Shown here piece after piece: positions 23,501 through 38,324 of a stretch of 64,000 bases of DNA. A model generated the notes under the pieces. It made no database searches and was not told where the DNA came from. It worked only from the letters and a program-made list of their open reading frames with translations. How positions within the stretch are numbered: position 1 is the first letter of the stretch; every line of letters starts with the position of its first letter. The DNA is from Octopus vulgaris. Its lineage: Eukaryota. The stretch spans positions 78,926,001-78,990,000 of the forward strand of contig OX597817.1 of the NCBI GenBank assembly GCA_951406725.2, in the 5' to 3' direction. The position numbers were made by a program, and so were the translations under genes.

Positions 23501-24797
23501 GATATACATATATATTATATAGATATGTATCTCTTTATACAAATATATATGCATAAATGTATGCACACACATACACATATAGATTGATAGATACATATAT
23601 ACATACAGATATACATACATCCACACATACATACATACATATATATATATACACACACATACATCCACACATACATACATACATATATACATACATACAT
23701 ACCTGCATGCATACATACATGCAAGCATGTATATGCACACATATACACCCAAAACACACACACACACACATGTGGAATCCCTACCACACTGTCAATCAAA
23801 ATTGAAATCTTTATCTATGTTTTACATCCTGAAGACTAATTAAATGGTATAGTGGGTTTGGGTAGCTTGTAATTCTTGCTGCTATAAGAAATTGGTAGTT
23901 CTTAGATTCATATCTCTACTTACAGGATATATAAGTAGGAAATAAGATCTGAGAGATATTCATTAAGAGAGAAATGTGAGGTCTTGGAGTGTGGATTAAC
24001 TGTGTCATATAGGTAAGCATATACTTATGTGTATATGTGTGTGTGTGTGTGTATGAATAATCTACAGTTTGTGTGTATAAGTGTGGGTCGTTGTGAGTGT
24101 ATGTGTGTGCTTTGTATAAAAATGTGTACATGATTTTGCGTGTGTATGTTCATGCTTAACATGTATGTAGTTGATTAAATTTGTACATCTTTCAATTGAT
24201 CTTTGGAATATATATATATATAATTATGTCAATATGTATATATATATACAATATATGTGTATGCGTGTGTGTATGTATGTGTATATATATATAAATATAT
24301 ACACATGCAATGAATGTGTGTATGTGAACGTATGTGTGCACAAAGGTGAGTGTGAATGTATGTGCGTGTGAATATATGTGCGTGTGAATATATGTGCGTG
24401 TGAATATATGTGCGTGTGCATGTGTGATGTAGTGCATATATATTTTTACCTGCGTTTTCTGTTTAATCACTTTTATTTTTATTTTATGTGCACACATGCA
24501 GCACACTCATGCACATATGTACACACACACATACACACACATATATACATACATACATATACACACATATATATATATTTATATATATACACATACACAC
24601 ACACACACACATATATATACACATCATCAACATCATACATATATAACGTATGCATATATATGTATGTATGTATTTATATATTTATATATATATATGCATA
24701 TATATATATATATGCATATATATATAGATATAGATATGTATATATATATATGTATATACGTATTTATATATATCTATATACATATACACCTCATCAT

Positions 24798-24830
<33 letters not shown>

Positions 24831-25248
24831 ATGTATGTGTGTGTGCATGTATGTGTGTGCGCGCGCATGTGTATGTGTGTGTTTAAAAAGACAATTGATT
24901 TTTCACACCAACACCCCTCGGCTTAAAAGAATAATTAGAACTTTGGTAAATTCTAAAAAAGAATTTATAAAACCAGATCCTTTATTTCAGTTACATTTTA
25001 ATTGCAAAATACAAATAAATTTAAAACATCAAATCATTTATTCTGGTTATATTTAAAAATAAAGAATAAACTTTTTTAAGTTGAATCATGATTACTCTAT
25101 CTAAGAATATTATCTCTTTTGTTCTTTAAGTCATTTTAATCAATTGAATGTGGCTATGCTGGAGTACCTATCTTTGCAAGTTTAAGACATAAATCGGACC
25201 CAGTGCTTATCTACTCTTTAAGTCTGCTTCCTACTTTGCTGACATATA

Positions 25249-25804
25249 GACAGACATGTAGGAAGTAAATAGACACGTGTAATTTTCAAAACCTTTTATT
25301 TGATATTAATTGATTGAAGGAGAGGTTTTCTTCTAGCTGTTCATCCATAATACCCAGGCTTATGCAGATATGTAACACACGTTTTTGACTAACTTCAAGC
25401 TGTTTTGCAATGTCAGAAGCTTTCGAACGGGGTTCATTTTCTACAATTCTCTTCAAACAGCAAAGCTTCAATTCTAAGGGCCCAAGTTGGCTGGGATGAG
25501 AATCTGATGATTCTTTTCCTTGGCTTTTGAATTGCACTGTAATTCTATAAACAGTAACAAGAGAAATTTGAAGTTTTTCAGCAATTTTTCACTGGCTAAG
25601 ATCAGCCTCAGATACGATATGACCTCTTTGAAGATCTGACAGTTCTGAATTTTTTGTGTGGCATGGTTACTCTTCACAAAGGTTTAATATAATGGCAAAA
25701 AGAATAATTACCTCGTAAATTCTACACAGCTGAAAACATATTAAGATGCTCAGATCAGAAATTTTGAAAATTAAAGGTGTCTATTTACTTCCTGCTTGTC
25801 TGTG
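25249..25804 (-). mobile_element. Tc1-like non-autonomous DNA transposon
   Basis: 28-bp TIRs 25249-25276 / 25777-25804 (3 mismatches), TA on both sides; minus-strand LKRIVENEPRSKASDIAKQLEVSQKRV resembles a Tc1/Tc3 HTH. Confidence 0.8.
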
Positions 25805-25833
25805 TATATAATGTACCACTAAGTTATGAGATA

Positions 25834-26043
25834 CAGTGGGCGACAGAAATACCTTCCACATTTAAAAGGTTGACAAAAGGAAAAAGAAACAACATTTATG
25901 AAAAATTAATTTTACTGTTGTTTAAACAAAAGATTACAGTTTTTGTTTGTTAGCTAAATAAAAACATCATGGCACTTGCAGGAGTTCGTTAGCAACACAT
26001 AGGTGAAAACTTAAAATGTGGGAGGTGTTTCTGCCGCACCCTG
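25834..26043. mobile_element. Tc1/mariner-type MITE
   Basis: TA-cagtgggcgacagaaataccttccacatttaa ... ttaaaatgtgggaggtgtttctgccgcaccctg-TA. Confidence 0.8.
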
Positions 26044-26261
26044 TATAAATGTTGATAACATATTTTTTTAATTTCAAGATGTATTGCATGTAAAGACCAA
26101 CTCGTACAAATATATACAGACACACACGCACACATGCACATACACACACATGCACATACACACTGCACGTAGATGCTTTCATATACAGATAGTCATCTGC
26201 CTATCAACAATGTAAAGACACTTACTTATATACATATATATATACTTCTATACATATATAT

Positions 26262-26300
<39 letters not shown>

Positions 26301-26669
26301 CAGAATAACATAATATACATATGTATATACACACGCACACTCATATACATTTATACACATATATATATATATAGAGAGAGACAACCACACACACACACAC
26401 ACTCAATCACATACTTAAACACATTTGCTTCATTACACCCGTGTCTATCGATAGATATAATATATCTAAACTTTGACCTTTCTTGCTACTAATTTAGGTA
26501 AAAGAATGCATAAAAGTATGAAAGAATGAATAAAGGAGATGAAATGAAATATTGACATAAAACCCCCATACACACAACCACAACCATACATACACAGACA
26601 TGTATACACATAGAGAGATACATCGATAAAGATACTGATATAGATAAATAGTAACATTGATATATATGC

Positions 26670-26678
26670 ACACACAGA

Positions 26679-26713
<35 letters not shown>

Positions 26714-26862
26714 GTATATACATACATACATACATATATATATATATATTTATTTACATACATACATACATTCATACATACATATATATATATATTTATT
26801 TACATACATACATACATTCATACATACATATATATATATATTTATTACATACATACATATAC

Positions 26863-26893
<31 letters not shown>

Positions 26894-26894
26894 C

Positions 26895-26942
<48 letters not shown>

Positions 26943-27002
26943 CATACATACATACATAATAATAAATAATATATATATATATATATACACATACATATAT
27001 AC

Positions 27003-27043
<41 letters not shown>

Positions 27044-27061
27044 ACATACATATATACATAC

Positions 27062-27112
<51 letters not shown>

Positions 27113-27117
27113 TATAC

Positions 27118-27162
<45 letters not shown>

Positions 27163-27222
27163 CATACATACATACATACATCTATATATATATTTATATA
27201 CATACATACATATATACATACA

Positions 27223-27258
<36 letters not shown>

Positions 27259-27418
27259 TATATTTATATACATACATACATACATCTATATATATATATT
27301 ATATACATACATATATATATACATACATATATACATACATACATACATACATATATACATATATATATATATTTTATAATATACATACATACATATATAT
27401 ATATAATATATTATATAT

Positions 27419-27467
<49 letters not shown>

Positions 27468-27530
27468 AATATTTATATACATACATACATATATATATAT
27501 ATATATTTATATACATACATACATATATAT
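26670..27530. repeat. Compound (TA)n/(TACA)n microsatellite block
   Basis: Directly visible. Confidence 0.95.
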
Positions 27531-27662
27531 AAAGAAAGAGAGAGAGAGAGAGAGACAGAAAAACAGTTATATCTGTATTTATCTATCTATCAATCTATCT
27601 ATCGATATATATATGTAAATATATAGAGAGACCAAAGTGTACGTACACTGCTATTTATATAT

Positions 27663-27698
<36 letters not shown>

Positions 27699-28318
27699 TT
27701 GTGTGTGTGTGTATGTGTGTGCATGTCTGTGTGTGTATGCGTCTTTATGTGTATGTTTGTCCCCTACCACTACTTGAGAATTGGTGGGTTCACATCCCCA
27801 TAACATAGCAGTTTGGCAAAAGAAACCAATAAACTAAGTACCAGACTTAACAAAAAAAAAAGTACTGAGGTCAGTTCATTCAACTAGAAATTCTTCAAGG
27901 TGGTGCCCCAGCATGGCCACAGTCTGATGGCAGAAACAATTCATTATAACATTTAACTGTAGAAATATAAAGTGATTTTAAAAAAATAATCTAATGGCAA
28001 GAAGGGTCCATCCAAAAAGAAGATGAATCAAAAGAGTCCATAGGCAAAAAAATAATGGTTGAGAAACCCTGCTTTAGTTAATCTATTTTTGATTGCTTTA
28101 CCCTGGGTGGCACTTAACTTAATTGTAATTCCCAAATAAGGAAAAATAAATTTTGGATTATGGCTAGTCACTTATGCTTGATTGCATTGGAAAATATGAA
28201 ATGTGTAGGTGTTTCACACTCCTCTTTTCCTTAGGGTTTGGTGAATTATTTTAATTCAACCTAAACCCTGAGTAAAGGAAATAAGTAAAAGAATCTTTCA
28301 GTCATTATATACATGTGT

Positions 28319-28371
<53 letters not shown>

Positions 28372-28817
28372 GGTGTGTGTTTGTGTGTTTGTGTGTGTGT
28401 GTGAACACATGGATAATAATACGTTCACATATAAATCCATACACATATATAGATATGTACATATACATAGCTAGCTAGATAGATATTTTTGTAAGCCTCT
28501 TGACTTTTAAAAGTTTCAGTATGTACATACATCATACATACATCATACATACATACATACACACATATGTCCCCTGTAACTTAGTAGTTCAGCAAAAAGA
28601 GACTGATAAAATAAGTAGTAGGCTTACAAAGAATAAGTCCTGGGGTTGATTTGTTTAACTAAAAAAGGTGGTGCTCCAGCATGGCCTCAGTCAAATGGCT
28701 GAAACAAGTAAAAGAATATTCATATACATATGCACACATGATGAACTTCTTTCATGTGTTCCTCCCAGGGCACAGTTAATTACACAAGATCACCTGTCTG
28801 ATAGAATTTGAGACCAC

Positions 28818-29226
28818 GGGATTGCAGAAGTGTTAGCACGCCAGGTGAAATGCTTAGTGGTATTTTGTCTGCTGCTACATTCTGAGTTCAAATTCCGCCA
28901 AGGTCGACTTAGCCTTTCATCCTTTCGGGGTTGATAAATTAAGTACCAGTTTTGCCCTGGGGTCGATGTAATCGACTTAATCCCTTTGTCTGTCCTTGTT
29001 TGTCCCCTCTATGTTTAGCCTCTTGTAGGCAATAAAGAAATAGGTATTTCGTCTGCTGCTACATTCTGAGTTCAAATTCCGCCAAGGTTGACTTAGCATT
29101 TCATCCTTTCGGGATTGATAAATTAAGTACCAGTTATGCACTGGGGTCGATGTAATCGACTTAATCCCTTTGTCTGTCCTTGTTTGTCCCCTCTATGTTT
29201 AACCCCTTGTAGGCAGCAAAGAAATA
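28818..29226 (+). mobile_element. SINE family A with internal tandem duplication inside one 15-bp TSD
   Basis: TSD agaatttgagaccac at 28803-28817 and 29227-29241; body ~28859-29042 repeated at ~29043-29226. Confidence 0.88.
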
Positions 29227-29554
29227 AGAATTTGAGACCACTATCTTTTATCTGTAAGGTTTTATTTGTTTCAGTCATTGGACTGTGACCAGGCTAGAAC
29301 ACACAGCCCAGAAGAATTTTAACCAACTGAATTGATCTCAGTACTTATTTTCTTAAAGCCTGGTACATATTGTACTGGTCTCTTTTGCTGAATTGCTAAG
29401 TTTGGGGATGTAAACAAACCAACACCAATTGTCACGTGGTGGTAGAGGACAAACACACATATATGCTCAGACATGAGAGAAGTAAGCAGACATTCCATAA
29501 AACATCGTTTTAAGTTTATTTTAACTTAAAAAGGTTTATATTTTCTTATTAAGT

Positions 29555-29950
29555 GACCTATTGAGTCAAGTACGTCAACACCAACATCAAAATAAAAATC
29601 AAATGGAAATTGTAGTTAAGATACCCGTGCCAGTCTCACATAAAAATCACCGTATGAACATGACAGATGACAGCACCTCCTGACTGGCACTCGTATCAGT
29701 GACACACGTAAAAGCACCAACCGATCGTGGCCATTTGCCAGCCTCCTCTGGGCTCTGTGCCGGTGGCACGTAAAAACCACCCACTACACTCATGGAGTGG
29801 TTGGCATTAGGAAGGGCATCCAGCTGTAGAACCACTGCCAGATCAGACTGGAGCCTGGTGCAGCCTCCTGACTTCCCAAACCCCAGTCGAACCGTCCAAC
29901 CTATGCTAGCATGGAAAACAGATGTTAAATGATGATGATGATGATGATGA
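29555..29950 (+). mobile_element. RTE 3'UTR copy with three hairpin units
   Basis: gacctattgag...aaatggaaattgtagtt...ggagtggttggcattaggaagggcatccagctgtag...(gat)n, collinear with 7098-7543. Confidence 0.85.
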
Positions 29951-29997
29951 TTAATTGACATTTTTATATTTCAGGTTCTATATGTGACTGCTTAACC

Positions 29998-30080
29998 ATG
30001 CCACATACAAAAGATACCTTGGAACTGTGCGAATTTCAAAGAGGCCATATTGTAGATCAATCTGAAGGTGGACTTAGAAT
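29998..30080 (+). mobile_element. Tc1-like transposase N-terminal fragment
   Basis: MPHTKDTLELCEFQRGHIVDQSEGGL resembles the ELSEFERGRIV-type start of Tc1 transposases. Confidence 0.5.
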
Positions 30081-30219
30081 ATATTTCTAATTACATTATC
30101 CAAAATAATTTTTAAAAAGAAACCCCACCAAAAATGACAAGGTGTGATTCGAAGAAAATTTGGCTGCTATTTCTAGGAGACTGAACAACCATGAAATGGA
30201 TGATCCTTTGTTGGCTTAT

Positions 30220-30350
30220 AGTAGTAGTAGTGGTGGTGGTATGTGGGTAGGTAGTGTAATGGTACATGTGACACTGGTTGTAATAGAAGTGAGGGCAATT
30301 GATACCTATGTCTATGATTTTAGTTGTTTTGTAGTAGTAGCAGTAGTAGT

Positions 30351-30427
<77 letters not shown>

Positions 30428-31060
30428 AAGCAATAGTAGTAGTAGTAGTAATTGCAGAGAGGTGTATAAGCTATAAAAGTGGTGGTAGTGAAGGTGATAG
30501 TGGTGGGGGTAGGGTTAGGGGTAGAGGAGTGGTGGAGGTGGTGGTCAGGGCTTTGGTGGTAGTGGCTGTGATGATAGTGGTGGTGATGGTGATGTCGCAG
30601 GCAGTTGTGATGGTGACAGTTATGGTGGTTGTTGTTGCTGTTGTTGTTGTGGTGATGGTGGTGATGTGGTGGTGCTGACGATGGTGGTGGTAGGGAGGTC
30701 TGTGGTAGAGGTGGTAGTTCTCGTGATGATGAAGACTATGGCGAAGGTGGTGCTGGCTATGAAGATGATGGGGGTGGTGGTGGCAATGATGGTGGTGGCG
30801 ATAGTGGTGGTGGTGATGGTGGTGGCGATGATGGTGCTGGCGAAGGTGGTGCTGGCTATGATGATAATGGCTGTGGTGGTGGCGATGGTGGTGATGGTGG
30901 TGGTGGTGATGTCGGTGGTGGTGGTGGTGGTGGCGGCATTGGTGGTGGCTATGATGACGATGGCGGTGGTGATGGTGGTGGTGGTGATGATGATGGTGGT
31001 GGTGATGGTGGTGGTGGTGGTGATGGTTGCAGCGGCGACGGCGGTGGTGGTTGTGCCGTA
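30220..31060. repeat. GTA/GCA/GGT/GAT trinucleotide low-complexity tract
   Basis: Directly visible; yields poly-Ala and poly-Val ORFs. Confidence 0.9.
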
Positions 31061-31649
31061 GGCAAAAAGGATATTAAAAAAAAAAGAATTAAAAAAAAAA
31101 CTTAAGCTGAAGAATGAAACTTCCCATGTAATATTACCTCTAAAAAAAGATGCGTCTAACTTTACTTATTTGGTTTGTAAATTGCATTGATGTATCAATG
31201 CTGGCTAATTAGTGTGTGACTGGGAATGGGGGAGAGACAGAGCATTATGGTGCAGTAGGAGGGGGGGGACAAAGAATGCAATGTAAGCATCCGGGAGATG
31301 GGAAGGGGAAAAAGATGAGGGAACAGCAAGCTGGGATTATAAAATGGTAGAGGGATAACTTGGTTGGTTTTTACAGTGGAGAGCTAGAGATGGATAGCTA
31401 AGCGTGTGTATGTGTGTAAGAGTGTGTGTGTGTGTGTATGTGTGTGTTGGAGGTAAGGAGATGGGAGAATGTGAAGGAGAATTTAGGGAGAGAAAGAGAA
31501 AAGGGGACAAAGAAGTTAGGATGAGAGAGAGAGAGGGGGTAGGGGAAGGCAGAAGGAGAGTAAAGTTGGAAAGAGCTAAAGAAGGTCCTGTTTGGAAAGG
31601 AAGAGAGCTGAGTTTTGAGACCTTGATAGAAAATTACAGGAATTATTAG

Positions 31650-31738
31650 AGAGTGCCAGAGAGAGAGGGGGGGGGCGAGAAATTGCGAAAAAGATAAAAA
31701 TTGAGAGAGAGTGAGCCGAGGAATTGTGAAAAGGATTG

Positions 31739-31814
<76 letters not shown>

Positions 31815-32558
31815 AGCAGAGGAATTGTGAAAAGGATAAAAATTGAGAGAGAAAGCGAGATAGGGGAGGAATTATGGAAAGGATAAAATTGAGAGAGCAA
31901 GGGGGGGGGATTGTGAAAAAGATAAGAATTGAGAGAGAGAGAGAGAGTTAGAGAAAGAATTGTGAAAAGGATAAAAATTGAGAGAGAGAGAGAGGGGTGT
32001 GGAATTGTGAAAAGGATAAAAATTGAGAGAGAGAGAGGTAGGGGAAGAATTGTGAAAAAGATAAAAATGAGAGAGAGAGAGAGAGTTAGAGGAAGAATTG
32101 GGAGAGAGAGACACTGGGAGAGACAGAGAGAGACTGGGAGTGAAAGAGACGTTAAGAGAGAGATTTAGTGAGAGAGATTGGGATAGAGAGAGATAGGCAT
32201 AGAGAGAGACTGTGAAAGAAAGAGACTGTGAAAGAAAGAGACTGTGAAAGAAAGAGATTGTGAGAGAAAGAGAATGAGAGAGAGAGAGAGAGAATGTGGG
32301 AGAGAGATTGGGAGAAAGAAATTGAGAAAGAGAGAAACTGAGAGAGAAAGAGAGAAATTGAGAGAGAGATTGAAGGAAAGAGAGAGAGTGAGAGAGAGTG
32401 GAGGTATGATTGTGTGACAAAGTGAGTAATTATTTATGGAGAATTAAAGGCAGAGGAACACTGAAAAAATTTCGGCAAAAAGAAAGAATATTTACAATAT
32501 AAGAAATGTGAAAATAGATAAGAAATCATAAAAGAAAACAAAACACGGAATGGAGAAA

Positions 32559-32615
<57 letters not shown>
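31650..32615. repeat. (GA)n-rich block containing a minisatellite
   Basis: About eight copies of gaattgtgaaaaggataaaaattg separated by GA-rich linkers at 31679-32075. Confidence 0.9.
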
Positions 32616-32618
<3 letters not shown>

Positions 32619-33166
32619 AATGGTAAAGAGAGTTAGATAAAGAATGGATACAGACAGCTTGAGTGAGGGTGGATGAGAAGAGAAATATGTAATTGGAACA
32701 GATAGAAGGAAATTCTATGTAAAAAGGACTGAAGTTGGAATTAAAGCGCGATATACATGTACATTTATTGAAAGTCTTCATGTAAGGTGGCAGCTAGTTT
32801 GTGACAAAGATACAATGTTCTGTCATTAGAATGTGGGTAACAAAAACAATATCACATTTCAAACTTGAGAAAAGTCTTACACAATTTTACCATTCCACTT
32901 AAAAATTGTATTTGTAATGTGTAAGTTGATTAATTTTTTTTTTCTTCCTTTCTGAAAACCTTAGCTTATCCACAATGTTACTTAGGAATTTACTTACAAA
33001 AACCAAGTGCACAAATTATTATTGGTATAAATGTGAATTTATAATCTGGACATAGAAGCTGGAGGTTACGAAGTAGTTGTCCATAGTTATCATCCTCTTT
33101 CTCCTTGATTTTTACAGAGATATTGACATCAGCAGGACAGCTGACCTCTATGACAGTACATGCTTT

Positions 33167-33655
33167 TTCTTATTTCTTTATTGCCCACAAGGGGCTAAAC
33201 ATAGAGGGGACAAACAAGGACAGATAAACGGATTAAGTCGATTACATCGACCCCAGTGCCTAACTGGTACTTAATTTATTGACTACCAAGGCAGCGAGCT
33301 GGCAGAAGCATTAGCACGCCGGCCGAAATGCTTAGTGGTATTTTGTGTGCCATTACGTTGTGAGTTCAAATTCCGCCGAGGTCAACTTTGCCTTTCATCC
33401 TTTCAGGGTCGATAAATTAAGTACCAGTTATGCACTGGGGTCAATGTAATCGACTTAATACCTATGTCTGTCCTTGTTTGTTCCCACTGTTTAGCCCCCT
33501 GTGGGTAATAAAGAAATAGGTACTTAATTTATTGACCCTGAAAGAATGAAAGGCAAAGTCGATCTCAGTGGAATTTGAACTCAGAACATAACAACAGACG
33601 AAATGCTGCTAAGCATTTTGCCCCACGTGCTAACGTTTCTGCCAGCTCATCACCT
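33167..33655. mobile_element. Nested SINE A pair: plus-strand copy (33290-33518) inside a minus-strand copy
   Basis: 18-bp TSD ggtacttaatttattgac at 33266-33283 and 33519-33536; the outer halves join into one antisense copy. Confidence 0.9.
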
Positions 33656-34156
33656 TCTTTTTATTGTCTGTCTCAAACAACAATATTTGGTCTGTTATGT
33701 TTACTTTTGACAGATGTTTTGATGAGAATGCTCTGCCAGTATTCCTGATGATGATGATGACGACGAGGAGGAGGAGGAGGAGAGCTTAAATGACAGAGTA
33801 ATTATGGGTAGGGTTTGAATTTTGCAAAGATAGATTTCTTTTGATAGGGTGGACTGCAATTATGTGGATAAAATTTTCAAAAAATAGTAGCATTTATTTA
33901 TTGCAAATTTACAAATGAGAAATTTGTTTTATTTAATTGTATTTTATGGTAATAAATATTGTTTTGAAAATTAACATTTATTTTATCATCTTGTATAATC
34001 ATTGACAAATTTGATAATAATTAAATTCTAATAATTATGTGCATGCCATATTTCTCAAAATTACACAGGGCAGTAAAAGTATGCTATCAAAGTTACCACT
34101 TATATGAAGGGTAACACACTAGTAACTATATTATATATATATGTATGTATGTATAT

Positions 34157-34211
<55 letters not shown>

Positions 34212-35469
34212 GAGAGAGAGAAGGGGGAGAAAGACAGGGTTAGAGAGAAAGAAATGAAGAGAAAAATAAGGCAGAGACCATGAGAAAGAGAGGGGAGATT
34301 TTGTAATATAAAGAAGGAGAAGGAAAATGAGATAGTTTGAAAGAGGAGTGAGTGAGCTATAGAGGATCCTAGAGAATAAAGTTCAAGACTAAAAAATAGG
34401 GAGAGTAAGATAGTTAGAGATTAATGACAAAGGTTTTGGTAGAAATTAAGGAACATCTAAAAACAGGGAAAGGGGTAGAAATGTATAGAGATATTTGGTG
34501 GCAGTTGTTTAACCTTAAGGAATTCCTATTTAAGTTGGTCTATAATCAAAGACATTCAAACCATGACCATCCCATCTTCTTTCAAGTATTATGTACCCCA
34601 AACTACATTATCAAACATGTCCTTTTTTATTTGCATTTTCAGAGACTGTTCAGTTGAGGTTTGAGGAAGGAATTGAGATAGGGGCCAATATAGAAATATT
34701 AGCCTAAATTATAAGTGTGGTTAAAGACTATGGGATAGAGAGAATAAAATAATTTGAGATCAACATTATATATATATTTGGGGAAAGTTAGGAAATTGTT
34801 AACAGGGAGAGAAAGTTAAAGAGACACAAAGAGAAAGTTGAAGAGAAAACAAGAAAAGAGAGGATGAAATAGATTTCAGTTGAGGAGATATTTAAAGTGT
34901 TTTGAGATCCAAAACTTGAAGTAGAAAATGGAAGCGCCACTTTGAAAAGGTGGGGTAGAAGATGTAGAAGATGTATAAATAAACAGAATAGAGTAAGAAA
35001 CCATGGAACAGGAAGATTCAACGTGATATGATTAAAGAAGAGGAGTAGAAGGAAATATAAGAGGGGCAAAAATACGATAAAAATGCTGGGGTGGCAATAT
35101 AAATTGCATAAAAGAAAAGGATAATGTGTTTAAGTCATAAACAAGATGAAGAAAGGTAGTGACAGGAAAAAGAAACAGACAGACAGAAAAGTATTCTCTG
35201 CTTAATACAGATTTAGATGTGCAAAGCTAAATTGAAAAAATAATTCAAAAAGGTGGCATAAGAGGCAATTAAGACATTAGGGAAGAGTTTAATATAAGGG
35301 TGGGTTAGTTAGTTGGGGGAAAATTATAGCCTTGGAGAAGAGAAAGCAGGATAGTGCTTTTTTTTCACACAAACTCACACACACACAAACACATACACAC
35401 ACACACACACAAATATATACATATACATATACATACATACATACATACATATATACATATATATGTATG

Positions 35470-35502
<33 letters not shown>

Positions 35503-35874
35503 ATATTTATATACATTCATCTCGCTCTCTCTCACTCCATATGTGTATGTGTGCATGAGTGAGTATACATATACATTATCATCATTGTTTAACGTCCGTT
35601 CTCCATGCTGGCATGGGTTGGACGGTTTGACTGGGGACTGGCAAGCCAGGAGGCTGCACCAGGCTTCAATCTAATCATCTATATATATATATATATAGTA
35701 CAAAGTAAGATAGGGGTTATGAAAGTAACCCACTATATGTGTATATATATATATGTTTGTACATATTCATGTATGTATGTGTGTACGTATATATACATAG
35801 GTGTACATGTAGGCATAAACATATGCACACACATATGTATATGCATACATAATATCTACATATATATATATATA

Positions 35875-36265
35875 TCATCATCATCATTTAGCATCCGTTT
35901 TCCATGCTAGTATGGGTTGGACGGTTCAATTGGGGTCTGTGAAGCCAGAAGGCTGCATCAGGCCCAGTCTGATCTGGCAGTGTTTCTACGGCTGGATGCC
36001 CTTCCTAACGCCAACCACTCCGCGAGTGTAGTGGGTGCTTTTTACGTGCCACCCGCACAGGTGCCAGACGGAGCTGGCAAACGGCCACGAACGGATGGTG
36101 CTTTTTACGTGCCACTGGCACGGGGGCCAGGCGAGGCTGGCAACGAACACGAATGGATGGTGCTTTTACGTGCCACCAGCACGGAGGCCAGTCGGGGCAG
36201 CGCTGGCAACGGCCACGAACGGATGGTGCTTTTTACGTGCCACCGGCACGGGGGCCAGGCGAGAC
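35875..36265 (-). mobile_element. RTE 3'UTR copy nearly identical to 4646-4930
   Basis: ORF-track translations 4690-5112 and 35917-36348 are almost identical over ~65 codons; four hairpin units. Confidence 0.88.
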
Positions 36266-36296
<31 letters not shown>

Positions 36297-36849
36297 TATG
36301 TATGAATGTATGTATGTATGTATGTATTTATTTATATACTTGAACTAACCTTAGATGAAAATACCACTGTGTATAGCATTTACATTCTGTATACAAAAGT
36401 AAAACGGAGCTACCTATAATATTTTATCACAAAGAATCTCCCCCAAAAGTCTTCTCTATAAAAACCAAAAGGCTTTGCTCAGAACAGGGGATGATTGCCA
36501 GACACAGTGTTTTGATCTGATTTGGATTGAACAGGGTTTTTTTTTGTTGCTGTCTTTCATGGGTCCCAGAACCACCTTTCATTTGTATCATTTTGGGTTT
36601 TTTTTTCTATTGCTGGACACTCTTTCTCTATCACCAATTACTTTACAGAGGGTACCTAGTGTGTATTTTTGCAAGGCACAAATACTAGAGAGATGGTTAA
36701 CTTTTTGACAAGACTAAATGAACATTTGCAAACCTGACACTTAACAGTGAATGCATGGATGAATTTTATTGGACCAACAACAGTAGTTGAGAGGAAATGG
36801 CTGAGTTCATGATATATGGGAAGAGGTTGAGATGAATGCCAAGGGTGAA

Positions 36850-37081
36850 TAAAACATCATCATCATTATTATCGTTGTCTTTGTTGTCGTTGTTCATCAT
36901 CATCACTGACATCATTATGATCATTATCATCATCGTCACCATCACCATCAGCTTCATCATCATCATCATCATCAACATCACTATCATCATCATCATTGTC
37001 ACCATGACCAACATAGTCATCATCATCATCTTTGTCATCTTGAACATGATCGTGGTCATCATCATCATCATCATCATCACC

Positions 37082-37112
<31 letters not shown>

Positions 37113-37115
37113 CCA
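36850..37115. repeat. (CAT)n-rich low-complexity tract
   Basis: Directly visible. Confidence 0.9.
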
Positions 37116-38324
37116 GTTAATGTCCGTTTTTCCACGCTTGCATGCACTAAATGGTGTTGGAGGCCGTTCATCTTCTTCAGTTGAATGTTCTCCCTGTTAC
37201 TCAACCCTGACCTGTTTCTGAATGTCTTGATTTACAGACAGATGAATGATATAGGGATGATGTGCAATACAAGGGACGAGTAAAAGAAAGGTGAGTAAAA
37301 CATATAAGAGGCTGATGAAGAAGCATCTTTGATTCCCTTTCATATATATGGGTCCATATTTACACACACACACACACATGCATTAGCCACTCACCACTTG
37401 GTTTAAGCTACCTCTCTCTGTTACAACCTGAGTTGATTGAGGGTGTTTCCTCTTGTGTTGTGAGCAACTTGCTGACCTCACTAGTGACAATGACACTCCC
37501 CCCCCACACACACACGTACATACACCAGAAAAGAAGCACCCAGTACACTCTGTAGAGTGGTTGGCATTTCAGATCCAACGGAAAATCCGGCTTTTTGGAT
37601 ACTGTCAAACCATCAAACCCATGTCGGCATACAAGGCAGATGTGAAATAACGAGGAGGATGATGACAGCGAGGGTGATAATGGTGATGGTATTGATGATG
37701 ATGATGATGATGGTGGTGATGGTGGTAGTGAGGAAGTTGCTGATGATGAAGATGATGATGACGATGACAAAGACGGCAATGATGAAGGAGGGAAGGAAGA
37801 GGAGAGGGGAATGAGGACAAGGAGGTGAGGAAGAGAAGAGGAGGGGAAGGAGGAGGGGGAGGAGAGGAGGAGGACGATGACAACGATGACAACAACAAAA
37901 GACATAGACATGAAAAGTAAACTGAAGTTGATAATAGAAATGGCGATATACAGAAGAAATATGGGCAGAAGGAGAAAGGGTTGTTGGGGGAGAGAAAGAG
38001 CTAAGGAGGAAGAGAGAGAGAGACAGACAGACAGAAAGATAGGCAACCAAGCAACCAGGTAGATACTGTAGACAAAGAACAGATCAAATTATTGAGACTG
38101 AATTAATTACTAATGTTGTTGTTGTTGGAGGTGTTGTTGTTGATAATATCGTTGCTGTTGCTGATCTTGTTCTTGCTGTAGTTCGTGTCAGCAAAAGATG
38201 GTGCTTGCAAAGGAAAAGATAAAAACGCGATCAATTTTTTTAATATGTAAGATAACCATAAGATAATAATAATAAAAATAATAATAATAATGATAATGAT
38301 GATGATATTAATAATAATAATTAT

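Noticed and set aside
24378-27516. Many Tyr/Ile/His/Cys-rich ORFs here and elsewhere
   Set aside because: Translations of TA, CA and TACA microsatellites.
31679-32075. CRISPR-like repeat with variable spacers
   Set aside because: The spacers are GA microsatellite; this is a minisatellite.
33714-33805. Possible acidic exon (DDDD..EEEE) after ttttgacag
   Set aside because: The acidic frame has stops just after the acceptor, the tract is microsatellite-like, and no partner exons were found.
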